64,000 bases of DNA from positions 480,001 through 544,000 of the forward strand of contig CBDCDA010000001.1 in assembly GCA_965215335.1 (NCBI GenBank), written 5' to 3'. The position numbers were made by a program, and so were the translations under genes. The DNA comes from an uncultured Candidatus Entotheonella sp. GTDB lineage: Bacteria > Tectomicrobia > Entotheonellia > Entotheonellales > Entotheonellaceae. Position 1 is the first letter of the stretch; the number at the start of each line of letters is the position of its first letter. The notes under the pieces are model-generated. The model ran no database searches, was not told the DNA's origin, and was given only the letters and a program-made list of their open reading frames with translations. This document shows positions 60,565 to 64,000 of the stretch, piece by piece.

Positions 60565-60937
60565 GCGGCGAACCGCCTTCCTCGCCTGCCGCTGAAGCAG
60601 AGGTCAAGTCGTGCAAAAGCCGCGATATCCGGACGCTGTCGGCAATCGCCGTATCCAATTTGAAGGTCAAGCTGGGCGTATGGCGCAACTTCACGCGTTT
60701 GCCTAATTGACTCCGAATGAACCCCACGGCGCGCGCGAACCCTTCCATGGTTTCCTTTTGTTCGTCTTCGTTGCCTACCCTGCTGACATACACGCGAGCC
60801 TCGCGCAAATCAGGCGAAACATCCACACGCGAAATCGTCGCCATCCGCAGACGCGGATCCTTGAGTTGCCGTAACAGAAGGTCGGCGATTTCCGACTGCA
60901 GCAATTCCGCTACGCGCGTTGGACGATGATTTTGCAT
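60557..60937 (-). CDS. rbfA: Ribosome-binding factor A
   Basis: LKDPRL, VSPDL, GFIR..LRHTP.L.F..D. Confidence 0.95.
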   Translation of the reverse strand: MQNHRPTRVAELLQSEIADLLLRQLKDPRLRMATISRVDVSPDLREARVYVSRVGNEDEQKETMEGFARAVGFIRSQLGKRVKLRHTPSLTFKLDTAIADSVRISRLLHDLTSASAAGEEGGSPHA

Positions 60938-60943
60938 GAGGCT

Positions 60944-61225
60944 TTACCAGAACTCGATATGGTAATCCAGCATTTCGGCCACATACATCGAATCGACGAA
61001 ATTGACGACTTTGCTCAGAATGCCGTTTGCGTGATCGTGCGCCGTACTCACCACGGCGACACCCAACAAGGCGCGCTGCCACTTGTCCTGATAATCAACC
61101 TCGGCAATCGACACATTGAAATTGTTTTTGACGCGCGTCGTCATGCTTTTCAGTATCTGCCTCTTGCCCTTAAGGGATCGCGTTTCCGGCAACCGCAATT
61201 CAATGGTGCACACACCTACAATCAT
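60944..61225 (-). CDS. DUF503 (YlxP) family protein
   Basis: SLKGKR, FNVSIAEV..QD.WQR; lies between infB and rbfA. Confidence 0.9.
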   Translation of the reverse strand: MIVGVCTIELRLPETRSLKGKRQILKSMTTRVKNNFNVSIAEVDYQDKWQRALLGVAVVSTAHDHANGILSKVVNFVDSMYVAEMLDYHIEFW

Positions 61226-61255
61226 GACAGCAAATGTCTTCGGAGCCACGAGCGT

Positions 61256-63280
61256 TTAGAGGTGCGGGGCAATCTCCTCGAACATAAAGGATTCAATCGT
61301 GTCGCCCTCCTTTATGTCCTGATAGCGCCCCAAACCGACACCGCATTCGAAGCCCACCGGAACCTCCTCGATATCGTCCTTGACGCGGCGGAGCGAAGCA
61401 ATCCGTCCCTCGTGGATAACCACACTATCCCGGATAACACGCGCCATCGCGTTGCGCCGCATGACGCCCTCCTGCACGTAACACCCCGCCACCGCCCCGA
61501 CGCGCGTAATGCGGAAGAGCGCCCGAACCTCAGCGCGCCCAAGCGTTTTTTCGTTGTATGTGGGAGCCAGCAATCCGAGCATCGCCTTCTCAACATCGGA
61601 AATCACCTCATAGATAACCGTATAGAGACGAACATCGACTTGCTCGTGTTCAGCCAGCTCCGCGGCCTTTGGAATCGGACGAACGTTGAAACCGATTACG
61701 ATGGCATTCGAAGCCGAAGCGAGCATGATGTCCGACTCCGTAATGCCGCCCGTCGAACCGTGGATCAAACGCAACCGGACTTTCTCACTCTCCAATTTGG
61801 AGAGTGAGTCCCACAGGGCCTGTATGGAGCCATGTACATCGCCCTTGATCACCAAATTCAGGTCTTTGACTTCGCCTGCCGAGATGCGGCGGTACAAATC
61901 GTCTAGCGTAACCCTGCCGCTCTGAGCAAGTTGCCTTGAGCGCTGCCTATCCTGTCTCACACTGCTGATCTGACGCGCCCGCCGTTCGTCTTCAACGACC
62001 GTGAAAGCGTCACCGGCGGACGGTACGGCGGCAAAACCAAGAACTTCCACAGGCGTGGAAGGACCCGCCTTCTTGATCTTCCGCCCAAGGTCGTCTTTCA
62101 TCGCCCGCACGCGGCCGTAATGATTACCGGCAACATAAGCCTCGCTGACCCCCAACGTGCCCTTTTCGATCAGCACGGTCGCAACAGGTCCTTGCGTCTT
62201 GTCAAGCCTCGCCTCAATGATCGTCCCCTTTGCCATCTGATACGGGTCGGCATGCAATTCCAGTATCTCGGCCTGCAGCAGGATCATTTCCAGCAAGTCA
62301 TCCAGCCCGTACTTCTGCTTGGCGGAAACTTCCACAAAAATCGTGTGCCCGCCCCACTCCTCGGGAACCAACTCCAATTCGGTGAGCTGTTGCTTGATAC
62401 GATCAGGATTTGCCTCATCCAGATCGATCTTGTTGATCGCAACGACAATAGGCACATTCGCTGCCTGGGCATGGGCAACGGCTTCACGCGTTTGCGGCAT
62501 CACGCCATCGTTCGCCGCCACCACCAACACAACAATGTCGGTAATTTGAGCGCCGCGCGCGCGCATGGCCGTGAAGGCCTCGTGGCCCGGAGTGTCCAAG
62601 AAGATAATCTTGCCTTTATCCGTCTCAACCTCATAAGCGCCGATATGCTGCGTGATGCCGCCAGCTTCGGTGGCCTGAATATTTGCCGCACGGATGGCGT
62701 CGAGCAGCGAGGTCTTGCCGTGGTCAACATGCCCCATAATCGTTACAACGGGCGCACGAGCTTCAAAAGACCCCGATGCAGACGGATCATCCACGGATTC
62801 AAGGGCTTCGTCCTGCTCCGAAACAAGCGTGATATCTTTACCTAGATTCTGTAAAACGTTGTTGGCAATATCAATGTCGATAACCGTGTTGATAGTGATG
62901 GATGCGAGCGTTCCGAAGCTCATAAGCTGCATGAATACATCTCTCGCCTCGACCTGGACGGTGTCGACGAAATCCTTCACGGTCAAGGCTTCGGGAACCC
63001 GTATGACAGTTGTTCCGTCCGGTTCTGCCGGCTCGGGCGTTGCGGGAACCGGCGACGGAGCTCCGATCTCAGCAGTTGATTCCTCACTGGCAGAGGACGA
63101 CTCTGACTGGTCAGACGTTTCCCGCTCACGGTACAACTCAGAGACAAGGCCAGCTGTTTCCTCGTCGAGACCGCTCATATGGCTCTTGACTTCAATACCC
63201 TGGGAACGCAGTTCTGCAACAAAATCCTTACTTGGAATTCCTAAGTCCCGCGCCAATTCATAAACTCTTACACTCGGCAT
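61256..63280 (-). CDS. infB: Translation initiation factor IF-2
   Basis: GHVDHGKT, EAGGITQHIGA, DTPGHEAF. Confidence 0.98.
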   Translation of the reverse strand: MPSVRVYELARDLGIPSKDFVAELRSQGIEVKSHMSGLDEETAGLVSELYRERETSDQSESSSASEESTAEIGAPSPVPATPEPAEPDGTTVIRVPEALTVKDFVDTVQVEARDVFMQLMSFGTLASITINTVIDIDIANNVLQNLGKDITLVSEQDEALESVDDPSASGSFEARAPVVTIMGHVDHGKTSLLDAIRAANIQATEAGGITQHIGAYEVETDKGKIIFLDTPGHEAFTAMRARGAQITDIVVLVVAANDGVMPQTREAVAHAQAANVPIVVAINKIDLDEANPDRIKQQLTELELVPEEWGGHTIFVEVSAKQKYGLDDLLEMILLQAEILELHADPYQMAKGTIIEARLDKTQGPVATVLIEKGTLGVSEAYVAGNHYGRVRAMKDDLGRKIKKAGPSTPVEVLGFAAVPSAGDAFTVVEDERRARQISSVRQDRQRSRQLAQSGRVTLDDLYRRISAGEVKDLNLVIKGDVHGSIQALWDSLSKLESEKVRLRLIHGSTGGITESDIMLASASNAIVIGFNVRPIPKAAELAEHEQVDVRLYTVIYEVISDVEKAMLGLLAPTYNEKTLGRAEVRALFRITRVGAVAGCYVQEGVMRRNAMARVIRDSVVIHEGRIASLRRVKDDIEEVPVGFECGVGLGRYQDIKEGDTIESFMFEEIAPHL

Positions 63281-63330
63281 GCATATCCCCCCGTAATAGA
63301 AATTCTTCCGTCCTTATTAAACCGCCTGTT

Positions 63331-63945
63331 TCAATTACGGCAACCGCCACCTCTAACGTCAAGACAAGCCAGTGACGCCTCAAATGTCTGCAATAAATTC
63401 AGCGTCGCACAAAGAGGTTCGCGAAAATGTGGATTCAACAAACCGACCGCGCTGCGACTCGTCTTACCGATGCGCCGCCCTAATTCCTCTTTCGTAAACA
63501 GCGTGATGTACGGGATGGCTTGCTCCACACACCACTCACGGTGTTCAGCAGCGCGCTGAACAGCAGCATCTTCCGCCAAGACCATGTACACGACCCTGTT
63601 GCGGCTGCATGCATGCCGCAACGACATGTAACCAGAGACCAGCCCGCCAGCTCTTTGCGCAATACTGAGACAAGCACCGAGCCGATCGTGAAGAGATGAC
63701 ACGGTTGCCCCACAAGCGGCGTCAAGCGGCGGCGCGATAACCGGTCGATGGAACACGGAACTCAGTCGTGAAGACCCGAGGGCCTTACGAAAGCAGCGCG
63801 CATCACAGCACACGTAAGCCCCCCTCCCCGGGACACGCCCTGTGTGATCAAATACCACTTCGCCGCCAGATGCACATGCAAGGCGGAGCAATTCGCCTTG
63901 GCCGCGCCTGGCTTTGCATCCAATACAGGTGCGTTCTGGAGGCAT
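63331..63945 (-). CDS. YlxR (DUF448)-L7Ae (YlxQ) fusion protein
   Basis: PERTCIGC..GRGAYVC then AQRAG.LVSG..LAEDA..TKEELG..IGK. Confidence 0.85.
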   Translation of the reverse strand: MPPERTCIGCKARRGQGELLRLACASGGEVVFDHTGRVPGRGAYVCCDARCFRKALGSSRLSSVFHRPVIAPPLDAACGATVSSLHDRLGACLSIAQRAGGLVSGYMSLRHACSRNRVVYMVLAEDAAVQRAAEHREWCVEQAIPYITLFTKEELGRRIGKTSRSAVGLLNPHFREPLCATLNLLQTFEASLACLDVRGGGCRN

Positions 63946-64000
63946 ACGTCCTCACGCCATGGTCAGAAACCCGTTGGAATGTTCTTCCTCAACACTCAGG

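Noticed and set aside
63950..64000. 3' end of nusA
   Set aside because: Expected from synteny and a frame is open (LSVEEEHSNGFLTMA*), but it is too short to support a call.
1..64000. CRISPR array, rRNA, prophage or integron integrase
   Set aside because: No repeat-spacer periodicity, rRNA-like sequence, phage structural genes or tyrosine recombinase seen by eye.

Overview
GC-rich bacterial chromosomal window. The gene content (LLM/F420-type oxidoreductase, double CaiB CoA-transferase, LysW pathway, Lpt, sigma54) suggests an uncultured diderm such as a Tectomicrobia/Deltaproteobacteria-like lineage; this is inference only. 1-6.5 kb is a decaying defence/mobile patch: a partial AAA ATPase, a type I R-M operon collapsed to slivers and split by an intact ISAzo13 (TIRs, TAA duplication), an apparently intact type II R-M pair, and an internally deleted IS5. 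6.6-27 kb holds CoA-transferase, Fic, LLM oxidoreductase, clpSA, asnS and a lysW-X-Y-Z-J operon interrupted by a 2.4-kb toxin/antitoxin island, then an FAD/Fe-S oxidase and a YbjN-like/pspA pair. After thrS, an integrase-less 1.7-kb cassette (ParA-type ATPase plus an unknown partner) is bracketed by a 78-bp codon-aligned duplication of the atpB 3' end that differs only by synonymous changes; this is the most striking feature. 32.5-57 kb is plus-strand housekeeping: ccm System I*, an ICM-like mutase, tilS-ftsH-glmM-tsaE-lptCAB-rpoN-der, four tRNAs, apt, a squalene synthase-like gene and EF-G2. It converges at a good dif-like site (57085-57112) with the minus-strand ylxR-infB-rbfA-truB-rpsO-pnp operon.
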